A DNA stretch of 64,000 bases from an uncultured Candidatus Saccharibacteria bacterium (GCA_964527235.1 CAZGNC010000002.1:82381-146380), one strand, 5' to 3'; positions 9,564 to 19,840 are shown, numbered from the stretch's first letter. Notes: generated by a model not told the origin, from the sequence alone. Translations and numbers: made by a program.

Positions 9564-9701
9564 ATGGATTACGATGATGAAAGTGGAATAGAGGAGCAAA
9601 CCTTTAAAGTCGAAGAAGATGATGATCTTCTTGAACCCCCACTAGATATGCCTGATGACTTTGACGAGCTTGATGAAGACCCAGAGGATAAATTCCACTA
9701 A
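9564..9701 (+). CDS. Very acidic 45-aa microprotein
   Basis: Below the ORF-track cutoff: MDYDDESGIEEQTFKVEEDDDLLEPPLDMPDDFDELDEDPEDKFH*. A terminator follows immediately. Confidence 0.65.
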   Translation: MDYDDESGIEEQTFKVEEDDDLLEPPLDMPDDFDELDEDPEDKFH

Positions 9702-9736
9702 AAACAAAAATACCCCGCTTGGGGTATTTTTGTTTT
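9701..9736. terminator. Bidirectional intrinsic terminator between the microprotein and tyrS
   Basis: AAAACAAAAATACCCC-GCTT-GGGGTATTTTTGTTTT. Confidence 0.85.
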
Positions 9737-9744
9737 GTGAAGTT

Positions 9745-10938
9745 TTATTTTATTTTAATAAAACGATGTTTGCCAACTTTATAAACATGACCCTTCACAA
9801 CCACGTCGCTCTCTGTTATTTTCTTATTATCGGTTAGATCAGTCACCGCCCCTGCTTTTAAAAGTCTAAAGGCTTCTCCCTTAGAGCTAACCAACCCAGC
9901 ATTAAGTAATATCGGGGCTATGACACCACTCCCCTCTATTTCTTCTACTTCGTCGGGGACCTCTTTCTTTTGAAATTTTCCATTGAAATCTAGCTCAGCC
10001 TTACTTGCTTCTTTTTCTCCGTAAAATATTTTTGTAATTTCTTGCGCCAGTTTTAGTTTGAAATCTCGAGGATTAGCACCACTACTCATCGCATTTGCCA
10101 TTGCGCTTATTTCTTCCATCGACAAATCTGTGATTATCTCGAAGCCAGGAATAATCAACCCGTCACTCCAACTCATAACCTTGCCAAACATTTCTTTCGC
10201 ATCTTGATTAAGAGCAACCATGTTGTTTTCAGTTTTGCCCATTTTCTGGCCAGAAGAATCCGTTAGAAGCTTGGTTGCTATGACAAACTTTTCTTTATTT
10301 TTGATAGATTTCATCAAGTCGCGACCTACAAGCATGTTGAATGTTTGGTCATTTCCTCCTATCTCGCCGTCTACATCCATCTCAACAGAATCTATCCCCT
10401 GCATTAATGGATACAAAAACTCGTGAATATAAATTGGCTTATTTTCTTCAATGCGTCGCGCAAACATGTCCCTCTTGAGCATCTGCTCAACTGTCATTAA
10501 AGAAGTAAATTCAAGAACATCATTAAACTTTTTCTTCGCCAACCATTTGGAGTTAAATTTAAATTCAGCTTTGTTTGCCCCAGAAAAAGAAATAATTTTT
10601 GAAGCTTGTTTTTTATACTCTTTAAGATTCTGGATCACTTCTTTATGGGAGAGTTTTTTACGAGTAGCCATTTTATCTGTCGGGTCGCCAACCATTGCAG
10701 TAAAATCCCCCATAAGCAAAATTATCTTGTGGCCAAGCTTTTGAAACTTGCTAAGTCTTAGTAGTGGAATAACATGCCCCAAGTGTAAAGTTGGCCCAGT
10801 CGGATCAATGCCCAAATAAAGGGTCAGGCTTTCACCTTTCATCATTTTAGATTTTAAAAATTCGCGACTTGGAAAAATATTCTCAATTCCACGACTCAAC
10901 AATTCATCTATCTTTTTTTCATCTGTTACCACTTTCAT
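9745..10938 (-). CDS. tyrS: Tyrosine--tRNA ligase
   Basis: YLGIDPTGPTLHLGH, YPLMQG.D, GG.DQ.FN, KMGKT, and a C-terminal S4-like domain. Confidence 0.96.
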   Translation of the reverse strand: MKVVTDEKKIDELLSRGIENIFPSREFLKSKMMKGESLTLYLGIDPTGPTLHLGHVIPLLRLSKFQKLGHKIILLMGDFTAMVGDPTDKMATRKKLSHKEVIQNLKEYKKQASKIISFSGANKAEFKFNSKWLAKKKFNDVLEFTSLMTVEQMLKRDMFARRIEENKPIYIHEFLYPLMQGIDSVEMDVDGEIGGNDQTFNMLVGRDLMKSIKNKEKFVIATKLLTDSSGQKMGKTENNMVALNQDAKEMFGKVMSWSDGLIIPGFEIITDLSMEEISAMANAMSSGANPRDFKLKLAQEITKIFYGEKEASKAELDFNGKFQKKEVPDEVEEIEGSGVIAPILLNAGLVSSKGEAFRLLKAGAVTDLTDNKKITESDVVVKGHVYKVGKHRFIKIK

Positions 10939-10977
10939 AACTCCAATAATAGCATATTTTCTGCTATAATCATCTTA

Positions 10978-13518
10978 ATGAAAAGAATACTAAAACACCT
11001 CAAACACGCCCGCAATAATAGGCATTTCTGGAAAAACATAGCCTTCCTGGCATTGGGCGGTTTTATTTTTTTAACCAGTCTGGGAATGCTATGGTTTTCT
11101 TCACTTAAAATTCCCGATTTCAGCTCTCTGGCTGACCGAAAGGTTATAAACTCTACAAAAATATACGATAGAACTGGAGAAATTTTACTTTTCGACATCC
11201 ACCAAGATGTCAAAAGGACAAACGTTGCATTCGAAGACATGGGAGCAAATATCAAGAATGCGACCGTGGCAATAGAAGATGCAGAATTCTACAACCATGG
11301 GGGTATAAAATTCAGCTCTATTATAAGAGCAATCATAGCGAACCTAACATCAACGTCTAGCACTCAGGGAGGATCCACCATAACCCAGCAGTTAGTAAAA
11401 AACACACTCCTAACTCAAAAAAGGACATACACTCGTAAAATAAAAGAATGGGTATTGGCCATAAAGGTTGACCGCTCTATGCCGAAAGATAAAATCTTAG
11501 AATACTATCTCAACGAAGCTCCTTATGGAGGTGCTATCTATGGCATAGAGGAAGCTTCTAAGAGTTATTTCAACAAGAAATCATACGACCTAACTCTAGC
11601 AGAAGCAGCTTACCTAGCTGCAGTACCTCAATCCCCTACCATGCTTTCTCCTTATGGTAAAAATGTCACCAAGCTTGAAGACAGAAAAAACTTAGTACTA
11701 TCTAGAATGAAACAACTCGGCTTCATAACCGAAGAAGAATACAAGTCCGCCAAAGCAGAGAAGGTAGAATTTGTTTCTCAACAAGTTGGTGGCATTAAGG
11801 CACCCCATTTTGTATTTTTCATAAGAGATTACTTAGAACAAAAATACGGAAGCGAGTTGGTTGAGAATGGGGGTCTTAAAGTTATAACTACTCTGGACTA
11901 CACACTTCAAGAAAAAGGTGAACAAATAACCAAAGACGGAGCCCTAAAAAACGAAAAGGACTGGAATGGAGAAAATGCGGGCTTGGTTGCGATAGACCCT
12001 AAAACTGGCCAGATATTAACAATGGTAGGGTCACGCGACTACTTTGATAAAGAAATAGACGGCAACTATAACATAGCTACAGCTACCCGTCAGCCTGGAT
12101 CTTCTTTTAAGCCTTTTATATACGCTACTGCGTTTAATAAAGGCTTTACTCCTGAGACAGTTCTGTTCGACCTACCAACAGAATTTTCAACAACCTGTGA
12201 TGTCTATGGTAAGGCTCTGCCGGGACGTAGTCAGAGTACTTGCTATAAGCCTGACAACTACGACAACATGAATCGTGGGCCTATGAGTCTTCGTAGTGCT
12301 CTCGCAGAATCTATAAACGTGCCTGCAGTTAAACTTTTCTATCTAGTCGGCTTAAGAGACGCTCTAAAAACAGCAGAGGAGATGGGTATTAGCACCCTAA
12401 CAGATATAGGTAGATATGGATTAACCCTAGTTATCGGAGGTGGAGAAGTATCTTTACTTGATATGACTTCAGCTTATGGAGTATTCGCAAACAGTGGCAT
12501 TCGAAACCCTTATACAGGAATTCTTAGAGTAGAAGACAAAAATGGAAACGTCTTAGAAGAATTCAAAGATAAATCTAGGGAAGTTCTTCCTAAGAATTCA
12601 GCATTAACTATTTCAGATATTCTCTCTGATAACGTAGCTAGAACACCAACATTCGGCGCTAACTCATTATTGAAAATTGGAAGCAATGACGTAGCAGTAA
12701 AAACCGGTACCACCAACAGCAATCGAGATGCTTGGACTGTAGGATACACTCCATCTGTAGTAGTAGGAGTATGGGCTGGAAATAACGACAACACCCCGAT
12801 GAGAAAGGGTGGTAGTGCGCTGGCTGGACCTATTTGGAATAAATTTATGGTTGAAGCCCTTAAAGTTATGCCAAATGAAAAATTTGAGAAACCAAATACC
12901 GAAACAGATCCAGAAAAATTAAAACCAGTACTACGAGGTTATTGGATGGGAAACGAAAGTTTCTTTATTGATAAAATATCAGGAAAACTAGCCAATGAAA
13001 GCACCCCAGATGAAACTAAACAAGAAAAAGTTATAACTAATGTTCACAGTATTCTTTATTGGGTTGATAGAAATGACATATTAGGAGCTCCACCTAAAGA
13101 CCCTGAGGACGACGCTCAGTTCAAACACTGGGAAGTTCCAATACAAAACTGGTGGGCGCAAAACAGTTCCAAGTATCCAAGAGTTACTTTGAGCGATAAA
13201 CCTAGCGAAGAAGACGATATACACAACAATGAGTCTTTCCAGCCAAAAGTTACTGTTCTTGAACCTAGTGAGGTTAAGAAATACAAAGAGAATCAACGCA
13301 TCTATCTCAAGATAGATAGTAAAAGCCACTTCCCTCTACAAAAAATGGATATATTTATAAATGACGCTTATATATCAACTTCCCAAGCACCATTTAATTT
13401 CTCATTTATCCCAGTGGATATTTCTGATATAAAAACAGAGAACGAGTTGAAAATAATATATTACGACACTGCTTACAATAAGGGTGAGGTTTCTTCTACA
13501 TTTAAGGTAGAAGAATAA
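10978..13518 (+). CDS. Class A penicillin-binding protein (transglycosylase + transpeptidase)
   Basis: N-terminal TM. EDAEFYNHGG and GGSTITQQL (GT51). SSFK, SIN and KTG transpeptidase motifs. Beta-rich C-terminal domain. Confidence 0.93.
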   Translation: MKRILKHLKHARNNRHFWKNIAFLALGGFIFLTSLGMLWFSSLKIPDFSSLADRKVINSTKIYDRTGEILLFDIHQDVKRTNVAFEDMGANIKNATVAIEDAEFYNHGGIKFSSIIRAIIANLTSTSSTQGGSTITQQLVKNTLLTQKRTYTRKIKEWVLAIKVDRSMPKDKILEYYLNEAPYGGAIYGIEEASKSYFNKKSYDLTLAEAAYLAAVPQSPTMLSPYGKNVTKLEDRKNLVLSRMKQLGFITEEEYKSAKAEKVEFVSQQVGGIKAPHFVFFIRDYLEQKYGSELVENGGLKVITTLDYTLQEKGEQITKDGALKNEKDWNGENAGLVAIDPKTGQILTMVGSRDYFDKEIDGNYNIATATRQPGSSFKPFIYATAFNKGFTPETVLFDLPTEFSTTCDVYGKALPGRSQSTCYKPDNYDNMNRGPMSLRSALAESINVPAVKLFYLVGLRDALKTAEEMGISTLTDIGRYGLTLVIGGGEVSLLDMTSAYGVFANSGIRNPYTGILRVEDKNGNVLEEFKDKSREVLPKNSALTISDILSDNVARTPTFGANSLLKIGSNDVAVKTGTTNSNRDAWTVGYTPSVVVGVWAGNNDNTPMRKGGSALAGPIWNKFMVEALKVMPNEKFEKPNTETDPEKLKPVLRGYWMGNESFFIDKISGKLANESTPDETKQEKVITNVHSILYWVDRNDILGAPPKDPEDDAQFKHWEVPIQNWWAQNSSKYPRVTLSDKPSEEDDIHNNESFQPKVTVLEPSEVKKYKENQRIYLKIDSKSHFPLQKMDIFINDAYISTSQAPFNFSFIPVDISDIKTENELKIIYYDTAYNKGEVSSTFKVEE

Positions 13519-13520
13519 AT

Positions 13521-13778
13521 CTATCGGATATCGTGTGGGGTTCTTTCTCCTAAGTACTCGCGTATCTTTAAAAATATTTTTTCTTTCTTTATGAGAATTT
13601 CGTTCTTATAAATTGGTTTCGCATCTAAGAAAATAGTTCCATTTTTAACTTTTACATCTTTGGGTTCTAATGGTAGGCCTATGACTTCAGTTATGGCACG
13701 TCGAACAGACTCACCCTTAAGTTCTTCTCCAGCTAGAAGATTACCAAATCTACTCAGAAGATCTTTAATCTCTATCAT
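13521..13778 (-). CDS. Small protein, probable DciA/DUF721-like helicase loader
   Basis: Overlaps the dnaN stop. VKNGTIFL...YKNEILIKKEKI...LG.....DIR pattern resembles the DciA KH-like fold. Confidence 0.5.
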   Translation of the reverse strand: MIEIKDLLSRFGNLLAGEELKGESVRRAITEVIGLPLEPKDVKVKNGTIFLDAKPIYKNEILIKKEKIFLKIREYLGERTPHDIR

Positions 13779-14872
13779 CGATTCATTGGCATTATTAGGT
13801 AAGTAAACGAGCTATCAGACACAGGAGAAACAACCATTGGTTTAGAAGCTTGGTTGAGCCTTATAGACACACTATCGGTGTTTATAGATTGAAAACAATC
13901 CATAAAATATTTATGACTGAAACTAAGATCCATGTCTTCCCCTTTTAGGGTTGCATCTAGTTGGGTTTTATTTTCTCCAACATCATTGTTCTGTGAAGAA
14001 AGTTCAAATATTTTATCTTTTGGTTTAATAGAAAAGTTAACTTGATTAAATTTATCTGAAAATATATTGGAGAGTTTTAAAGCGTTTAAAAGATCTTGCT
14101 TGAGAACAACTATCTCAGTATTAAATTCTTTAGGAATAATCTGACGATAATCAGGAAACAATCCGTCTATGACTCGAGAAGTTAGGTAAACACTATCTGA
14201 TGAGAAAGATATCTGGTTTTTATTAAAACAAACCTTTATATCTTCATCATATTCGCCAAATACCCTCAGTATCTCAGGTATATTCTTAAAGGGTATCAAA
14301 ACCCCCATAACTTCTTCCATCCTCTTAATCTTAACCTTCTTCTCAGCTAGCCTAAATGAATCAGTAGAAACAAATACTAAATTATCCCCTTCTGAATACA
14401 TATAAACACTAGATATCTCTGGCTTTATATCAGAAACCGAGGAACTGTAATAAACAGACTTTATACCATCCATTAATTTCTTAGCTTCTATCTCAAATGC
14501 AGTACCCTCAACCATAGGAATAGTTGGGAAATCTTCACTTGGTTGTCCTTTTAGCTTTATTTTATTCTTCTTGGTTTTAATTAAAATATTTCCTTCATCA
14601 CCCTCTATTAATATATTCTCGTTTTTAAAGACATTAGAGAATATACCTGACAATACAGAGCCTGAGACCGCCGCTACGCCTTCTTTTTCAACTTTAGCTG
14701 GTACCTCTACCTCAATACCTAAACTAAGGTTTGTGGCACGAATTTTGAGCGATTTACTAGAAGCTATGAGTAGTATAGAGTTCAGTACTGGCAGAGTTAA
14801 ATTCTTCCCTGTTATCCTTTCTGCTTTATAGATTGCTTCTTTGATTTTTTCAACACTACACTCTAGTTTCAT
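13775..14872 (-). CDS. dnaN: DNA polymerase III beta sliding clamp
   Basis: LPVL..ILL, ATNL, VSTDSFRLA, FPDYRQIIP, YLIMPM; directly downstream of dnaA. Confidence 0.97.
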   Translation of the reverse strand: MKLECSVEKIKEAIYKAERITGKNLTLPVLNSILLIASSKSLKIRATNLSLGIEVEVPAKVEKEGVAAVSGSVLSGIFSNVFKNENILIEGDEGNILIKTKKNKIKLKGQPSEDFPTIPMVEGTAFEIEAKKLMDGIKSVYYSSSVSDIKPEISSVYMYSEGDNLVFVSTDSFRLAEKKVKIKRMEEVMGVLIPFKNIPEILRVFGEYDEDIKVCFNKNQISFSSDSVYLTSRVIDGLFPDYRQIIPKEFNTEIVVLKQDLLNALKLSNIFSDKFNQVNFSIKPKDKIFELSSQNNDVGENKTQLDATLKGEDMDLSFSHKYFMDCFQSINTDSVSIRLNQASKPMVVSPVSDSSFTYLIMPMNR

Positions 14873-15088
14873 ATGTTTATATCTTTATATATTTAAATTA
14901 TTAATACTATTAGTTGTGTGGATATGTGTATAACTTTTTCTAATCTTATTCTGTAAGGGTATTTTAATTTTTTTATATTTTTTATTTATCTAATAAATTT
15001 TGATATTTTTCAACTAACAGTGTATGTATTTATTTTCAGTGTTTTTGTTCATAAGTTATCACCAGTGTATTCCCCTACTTACCCACAG
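14873..15088. other. Candidate oriC, unwinding half (dnaA-dnaN intergenic)
   Basis: Very AT-rich. DnaA boxes TGTGGATAT (14917-14925) and TGTGTATAA (14925-14933) next to a TAA/TAG/TAT trinucleotide run (DnaA-trio-like). Further near-boxes TGTTCATAA and TTACCCACA. Confidence 0.75.
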
Positions 15089-16435
15089 CTATTTGAACAT
15101 AATTCTTATCTGATCTATTTCTTGTAATAGTTGAGGATTATTTTTTAAATCAGATTTTATTTTTAAATAAGAATGAATTACTGTTGTGTGGTCCTTTCCT
15201 CCAAGTTTCTGACCTATTAAAGGGTAAGACACGTTAAAGTCCTCTCTAAGAATATACATAACTATTTGTCTTGCCTTAACTATTTCTTTTCTTCGAGTCT
15301 TTTCATAGATAGAAGATTCTTCTAGATTGTAGTAGTCACTTATTATTTTCACCACATCTTTTATGGCTACATTTTTCTTAGGTTTGATGTTGTTTTTAAG
15401 TAGGTTTTTTACCTCAGGTATAGAAAGAGGCTTATTTTTAAGGCGATATTGGCAGATTATGGTGTTTAGACTCCCCTCTAACTCACGGATGTTACCTTGG
15501 ATTGAAGAGGCTATGTACTCCATAACTTCTTGGCTTAGGTCTATTTCTAACTCATTCAACTTCATTTTTAATATTGCTAATCGAGATTCATACTCAGGCT
15601 CAGAGATATCAACAATCATACCTGCAGCAAATCTAGACTTTAGACGGTCGGCTAGTTCAGGTATGAAATTAGGGTGCTTGTCAGAAGAAAAAATAATTTG
15701 TTTATTGTTCTCGTGGAATGTGTTGAATGTATGGAACAGTTCTTCTTGGATCTTTTCCATTTTTCCTATGAATTGGATATCATCGATGATTAGAAGATCA
15801 TATTTTCGATACTTTTCTTTAAAAGAGTTTGCTTTGTTGTTCTGCAGAGAATTTATAAAGTCAGTTGCGAACTTCTCTAGGGTCATGTAATGAACCTTTT
15901 TATTTGAATGCTTTTCTTTTATAGCATTACCCACTGCCTGTATTAGGTGGGTTTTACCTAAACCAGTGCCTCCATAAATGAAGAATGGATTATATTTGGT
16001 TCCAGGGTGCTCTACAATAGCCTGGGAGGCAGCATAAGCTAATTCATTAAACCCTCCAACGATGAAAGAGTTGAATTGATATCTAGAATTAAGGTTATCT
16101 TCAGGGTTTATGTATAGATCCTTTAGAGGTAGCTCCTCCCCTGTGGTTGGGGCTACTATTTTCTGGACTTCAGGTTTACTCCCCAGATCCATTTTAGTTA
16201 TGGTGTATTCAACTGCACGCATGTTCTCATATGCGTTAGCTATGGTCTTAGTTATTAGCTTATGATATTTATTCTTAAGCCAATCTCTAACGAATTCATT
16301 AGGTACACCCACGTAGATGATCCCCGTTTCTTCCTTTAAAATGCAGGTGTTTTTAAACCAAGTGCTAAAATTAGCCTTTGAAACCCCTGCTTCTATCTCG
16401 AGTAGGCAATTTTTCCAAAGTTGTTTTGTATCCAT
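15089..16435 (-). CDS. dnaA: Chromosomal replication initiator DnaA
   Basis: YNPFFIYGGTGLGKTHL, LIIDDIQF, QEELFHTFN, NIRELEG, KDHTTVIH. Confidence 0.98.
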   Translation of the reverse strand: MDTKQLWKNCLLEIEAGVSKANFSTWFKNTCILKEETGIIYVGVPNEFVRDWLKNKYHKLITKTIANAYENMRAVEYTITKMDLGSKPEVQKIVAPTTGEELPLKDLYINPEDNLNSRYQFNSFIVGGFNELAYAASQAIVEHPGTKYNPFFIYGGTGLGKTHLIQAVGNAIKEKHSNKKVHYMTLEKFATDFINSLQNNKANSFKEKYRKYDLLIIDDIQFIGKMEKIQEELFHTFNTFHENNKQIIFSSDKHPNFIPELADRLKSRFAAGMIVDISEPEYESRLAILKMKLNELEIDLSQEVMEYIASSIQGNIRELEGSLNTIICQYRLKNKPLSIPEVKNLLKNNIKPKKNVAIKDVVKIISDYYNLEESSIYEKTRRKEIVKARQIVMYILREDFNVSYPLIGQKLGGKDHTTVIHSYLKIKSDLKNNPQLLQEIDQIRIMFK

Positions 16436-16571
16436 CGACCTACATTATACTATCTTGTCTACTAAAGAGAACTTGTAAAAACTTATTAACTATGTTGATA
16501 AGCTGTTGATAATCTAATTACCAGGGGCGCAACTTTTGACTTTTTGGGCTTTGGCGGGTATACTCCTTGAT
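16436..16571. promoter_or_regulatory. dnaA/rpmH divergent promoters with DnaA boxes (second half of oriC)
   Basis: Two TGTTGATAA boxes. TTGACT-N17-TATACT, 7 nt before the rpmH ATG. TATAAT on the minus strand, 8 nt before the dnaA ATG. Confidence 0.7.
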
Positions 16572-16706
16572 ATGTCGCAAACATACAATCCTAAAAAGAG
16601 GAAAAGAAGCAAAGCTCATGGATTTCTAGTTAGATCTAAGAGTAAAACAGGCCGAAAGGTCCTTTTGAGAAGACAAAGAAAGGGGCGCGCGAAGCTGTCT
16701 GTATAG
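16572..16706 (+). CDS. rpmH: 50S ribosomal protein L34
   Basis: Manual translation: [44 protein letters not shown]. Confidence 0.95.
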   Translation: MSQTYNPKKRKRSKAHGFLVRSKSKTGRKVLLRRQRKGRAKLSV

Positions 16707-16733
16707 CCTTTATTTAAGCCTTTTGGCTTTAAA

Positions 16734-17060
16734 ATGCTACCTAAAAAGAATCGGGCCAATAAAAATAAGGTAGAAAGGGTGTTCAAAGAGGGAAAATTTG
16801 TAAATTCCCCCTTTTTTAGCTTTAAATTTATATTAAATAAACAATCTAATACTAGGCAAATCTCTGTAGTAGTGCCTAAAAGTGTGTCTAAACTAGCTGT
16901 TTCCAGGAACAGGCTTAGGAGGCTAGGTTATCAAGTCTTAGAGCAATATTTAGACCTATTCCCCGCTGGTATTGAGGGGGTTTTGATGTTTAAGAGGATA
17001 AATGAGGATATTTTAGCTATAAGTAATGAAATTAAGCAGATTGCTAGTAAAATTAATTAG
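16734..17060 (+). CDS. rnpA: Ribonuclease P protein component
   Basis: MLPKKNR, SVVVPKSVSKLAVSRNRLRR (RNR motif), synteny after rpmH. Confidence 0.92.
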   Translation: MLPKKNRANKNKVERVFKEGKFVNSPFFSFKFILNKQSNTRQISVVVPKSVSKLAVSRNRLRRLGYQVLEQYLDLFPAGIEGVLMFKRINEDILAISNEIKQIASKIN

Positions 17061-17241
17061 TTTATATCAAAAATACATTTCCGTTTTAACTAAAAGGAGC
17101 TGTGTTTTTTATCCTACATGCTCAGAATACACAAAGGAAGCCATAACTAAATATGGCACCCTAAAGGGCTCTCGTTTGGGCATTTTGCGTATTTTAAGGT
17201 GCCATCCTTGGCAAAAGGAGCATATTGACCTAGTTCCTTAG
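17026..17241 (+). CDS. yidD: Membrane protein insertion efficiency factor
   Basis: CVFYPTCSEY, RILRCHPW. Confidence 0.92.
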   Translation: MKLSRLLVKLISLYQKYISVLTKRSCVFYPTCSEYTKEAITKYGTLKGSRLGILRILRCHPWQKEHIDLVP

Positions 17242-17290
17242 ATATTTATATTTTCTAGCGTTTTAGAGTGTTTTCATATAGAATGGAATA

Positions 17291-18016
17291 ATGTTGCACT
17301 ATATTTGGGATACTCTTTTATATGAACCTTTATTAAACGCCCTAGCCTTCCTGGTGTCAGTTGTCCCGGGTGGCGATGTGGGTATAGCGGTTATCTTGCT
17401 TACTATTTTAGTTAAGGTTGCCCTCTTCCCTCTTTCTCAGAGATCCATAGAAAGTCAGGCAAAGATGAACTTACTCGCCCCTGAACTTAATAAAATAAAA
17501 AATAGCGGCGCAAGTAAAGAAGAACAAGCCCGTTTAACTTTTGAATTATATAAAAAACACAAAACTAATCCTTTTTCAGGATGTTTGTTGATTTTAATTC
17601 AAATACCTATAATTTTCGCCCTGTACTATGTTTTTTATAAAGGTATTAATTTTGAAAACGGTATTTTGTATTCTTTCATCCCAACTCCAACAAATTTAAA
17701 CATGGAGTTTCTAGGAGTAATTAATTTAGCTGGAAAAAGTATCGTGCTGGCAGTATTGGCAGGTGTTTCTCAATACCTTCAAGCTCATTTTATGCCAAAA
17801 CCAAATACTTCTGGCTCTGAGACGGGTTCTTTCCAGGAGAGCTTCGCCAAGAGTATGCATGTTCAGATGAAATATTTCTTCCCAGTGGTCGTTGCTTTTA
17901 TTTCTTATGGTATTTCAGGTGCAGTTGCATTATATTGGATTACGAGTAATATCTTTGCTGTAGGGCAACAAATTTACGCAAACCATAAAAAGAAGTCCAT
18001 GGTGCTCGAACAGTAG
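17291..18016 (+). CDS. yidC: YidC/Oxa1 membrane insertase (short form)
   Basis: AVILLTILVK..L.PL, LYKKHKTNPFSGCL..LIQIPI, ALYWITSN. Confidence 0.93.
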   Translation: MLHYIWDTLLYEPLLNALAFLVSVVPGGDVGIAVILLTILVKVALFPLSQRSIESQAKMNLLAPELNKIKNSGASKEEQARLTFELYKKHKTNPFSGCLLILIQIPIIFALYYVFYKGINFENGILYSFIPTPTNLNMEFLGVINLAGKSIVLAVLAGVSQYLQAHFMPKPNTSGSETGSFQESFAKSMHVQMKYFFPVVVAFISYGISGAVALYWITSNIFAVGQQIYANHKKKSMVLEQ

Positions 18017-18028
18017 CCTAAAACCCTT

Positions 18029-18508
18029 ATGAATAAAGCAGAAATAAGCAATTTAATAAAAGAACTTATTGAGAAGACCTCTGTGTCAGTAAGTAATATT
18101 TCTGTGAATGAAGATGGTGGTAAAACAACCTGGTTTTCTGTTGAAGTTGATAACCCTAACCTATTTTGTGGTCGTGGTGGTGAGGCTCTCTCTGCGCTTA
18201 ACCATGTTGTTAGGAAAATAATTGAAGGAAAAAATTTCGCTGATCAATCACAAGGCAGAGAAGAATTTCGCATCCTCGTAGACATAAATGATTTTCAGAA
18301 AAAGAAAGTAGATAGCGTAAAGGCTACTGCTCACATGATGGCAGAGCGTGCACGATACTTTAAATCAAACATAGAAATTGATCCGATGTCTGCTTTTGAG
18401 CGTCGAGTTATACATGAATTTCTTTCTGATGCTACAGATATAAAGACTGAATCAATGGGTGAAGGACCTACTCGCAGAGTAGTTATAAAATACGTCGGGC
18501 AGATTTAG
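18029..18508 (+). CDS. jag: Jag/KhpB (EloR)-like RNA-binding protein, KH + R3H
   Basis: GRGGEALSALNH (KH), PMSAFERRVIH (R3H), TES.GEGP.RRVVI; synteny after yidC. Confidence 0.85.
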   Translation: MNKAEISNLIKELIEKTSVSVSNISVNEDGGKTTWFSVEVDNPNLFCGRGGEALSALNHVVRKIIEGKNFADQSQGREEFRILVDINDFQKKKVDSVKATAHMMAERARYFKSNIEIDPMSAFERRVIHEFLSDATDIKTESMGEGPTRRVVIKYVGQI

Positions 18509-18513
18509 TTTGG

Positions 18514-19833
18514 CTACTTGAGCTTGAGCTCCCAGAGATGGGAGTCTTTTTTGTTTATAAAGAAAAGATAATTTTCATCCTGGTCTAGTGCGAGCTTGAT
18601 GTTGTCCATGTCTTCTATCCCCTTACCTGAGCTCATGTCGGAAATTATCGATCCTGTTTGCGTTGCAACGTCGATTTTCCAGATTTCATCTGAGAAAGAA
18701 ATTTTACCCATATACCATGCATCTGGGTAAGATGCACCCTCTATGTATTTAGGAACAGAGCAATATATATAGTCACTAGAATTACTCCAGACACATTTTT
18801 CTGGAAGAGTTTTTATTCCTAGAGTGCTTGAGGTTTTGGTATTAATATTAAAAATCTCAAGAGATAAGCTGCTGTCGGTCCAGAGGACTAATTTGCCTGA
18901 AGGGCTGGTTAACGTCGTAAGGCCGTTGATATCCCCTATAACTCTATTGAAGTCTTTTCTGGTGAGATTTATGGCATACATATATCCTAAGACAGACGAG
19001 GAGGGCTTGGTGGTAAGGGTGATGAGATCTTTGTTTGGCCATTGAGATAACCACTCAGTGAACGGGCTGTCGAACACCTGCACTTTTTTATCTCCTAGTA
19101 GCCCTGATGTTGAGCCTATCGCGTTCTCGCCCACGTTTAATAAGTAGAAAATTTGGGATTTATCGGGAGATATACTCATGTCTGTGATGTTGTCAGATAG
19201 AAATGTGCCAGTTACTTCTTTGTCCCCGGTTGTGGTGTCGTTTATAGTTTCTTTAGGTATGTTGCCAGAGAAAGAAAGAATCGTCACATCATCATATTTA
19301 GTAGATCGCATGACTACTGACTCAGTGTTTACCCCGAAGAAAGCTTCTTGCACCCTAGGTACAAGAGTTTTAGATAATTTCTGCTCTTCTATTTTGTCAG
19401 CAAAAGATTGGTATATGTTTCCGGTAGCTTTTTCAACATACCTTACTGCCAGAGCAAACTCCGTGGATATAGAGCCACTTGTTGGTGTAGTAGAGCCTGA
19501 GGTTGTTGTGTCAGTGCTCGGTGCAAAGACTACATCAGTGATTCTTTCTTTGGAAAAAAGTCCAAAACCAGCTACGGGCATGCTGGAGATCATTCTTAGA
19601 TTGGTCTCTGTGCCTGTGTACGTAGGTGTTTCTTCTTCACCTTCAGGGGTTGCCCCATTTCCGTTTGGAGTTGTGGTCGTTGGGTTTTTCTTGAATGGGT
19701 TAAATTTAACAAGGAAATTAGTAGGTGTCGTCGCCCCTCCAGTGTTATTGTCTTTACGGAAATAAATAAAAGCAAAAACTCCAGCGACTATGATTAATAT
19801 TATTATAAATAGTATTGTGTTTCTTTTTGACAT
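18514..19833 (-). CDS. Membrane-anchored extracytoplasmic protein, probable beta-propeller
   Basis: N-terminal TM, Thr/Pro-rich linker, repeated SPD/SPSG and W-containing beta blades. Confidence 0.6.
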   Translation of the reverse strand: MSKRNTILFIIILIIVAGVFAFIYFRKDNNTGGATTPTNFLVKFNPFKKNPTTTTPNGNGATPEGEEETPTYTGTETNLRMISSMPVAGFGLFSKERITDVVFAPSTDTTTSGSTTPTSGSISTEFALAVRYVEKATGNIYQSFADKIEEQKLSKTLVPRVQEAFFGVNTESVVMRSTKYDDVTILSFSGNIPKETINDTTTGDKEVTGTFLSDNITDMSISPDKSQIFYLLNVGENAIGSTSGLLGDKKVQVFDSPFTEWLSQWPNKDLITLTTKPSSSVLGYMYAINLTRKDFNRVIGDINGLTTLTSPSGKLVLWTDSSLSLEIFNINTKTSSTLGIKTLPEKCVWSNSSDYIYCSVPKYIEGASYPDAWYMGKISFSDEIWKIDVATQTGSIISDMSSGKGIEDMDNIKLALDQDENYLFFINKKDSHLWELKLK

Positions 19834-19840
19834 AAAATTA

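Noticed and set aside
9655-9837. 60-aa ORF from the track
   Set aside because: It crosses a terminator and overlaps tyrS. The 9564-9701 frame explains the region better.
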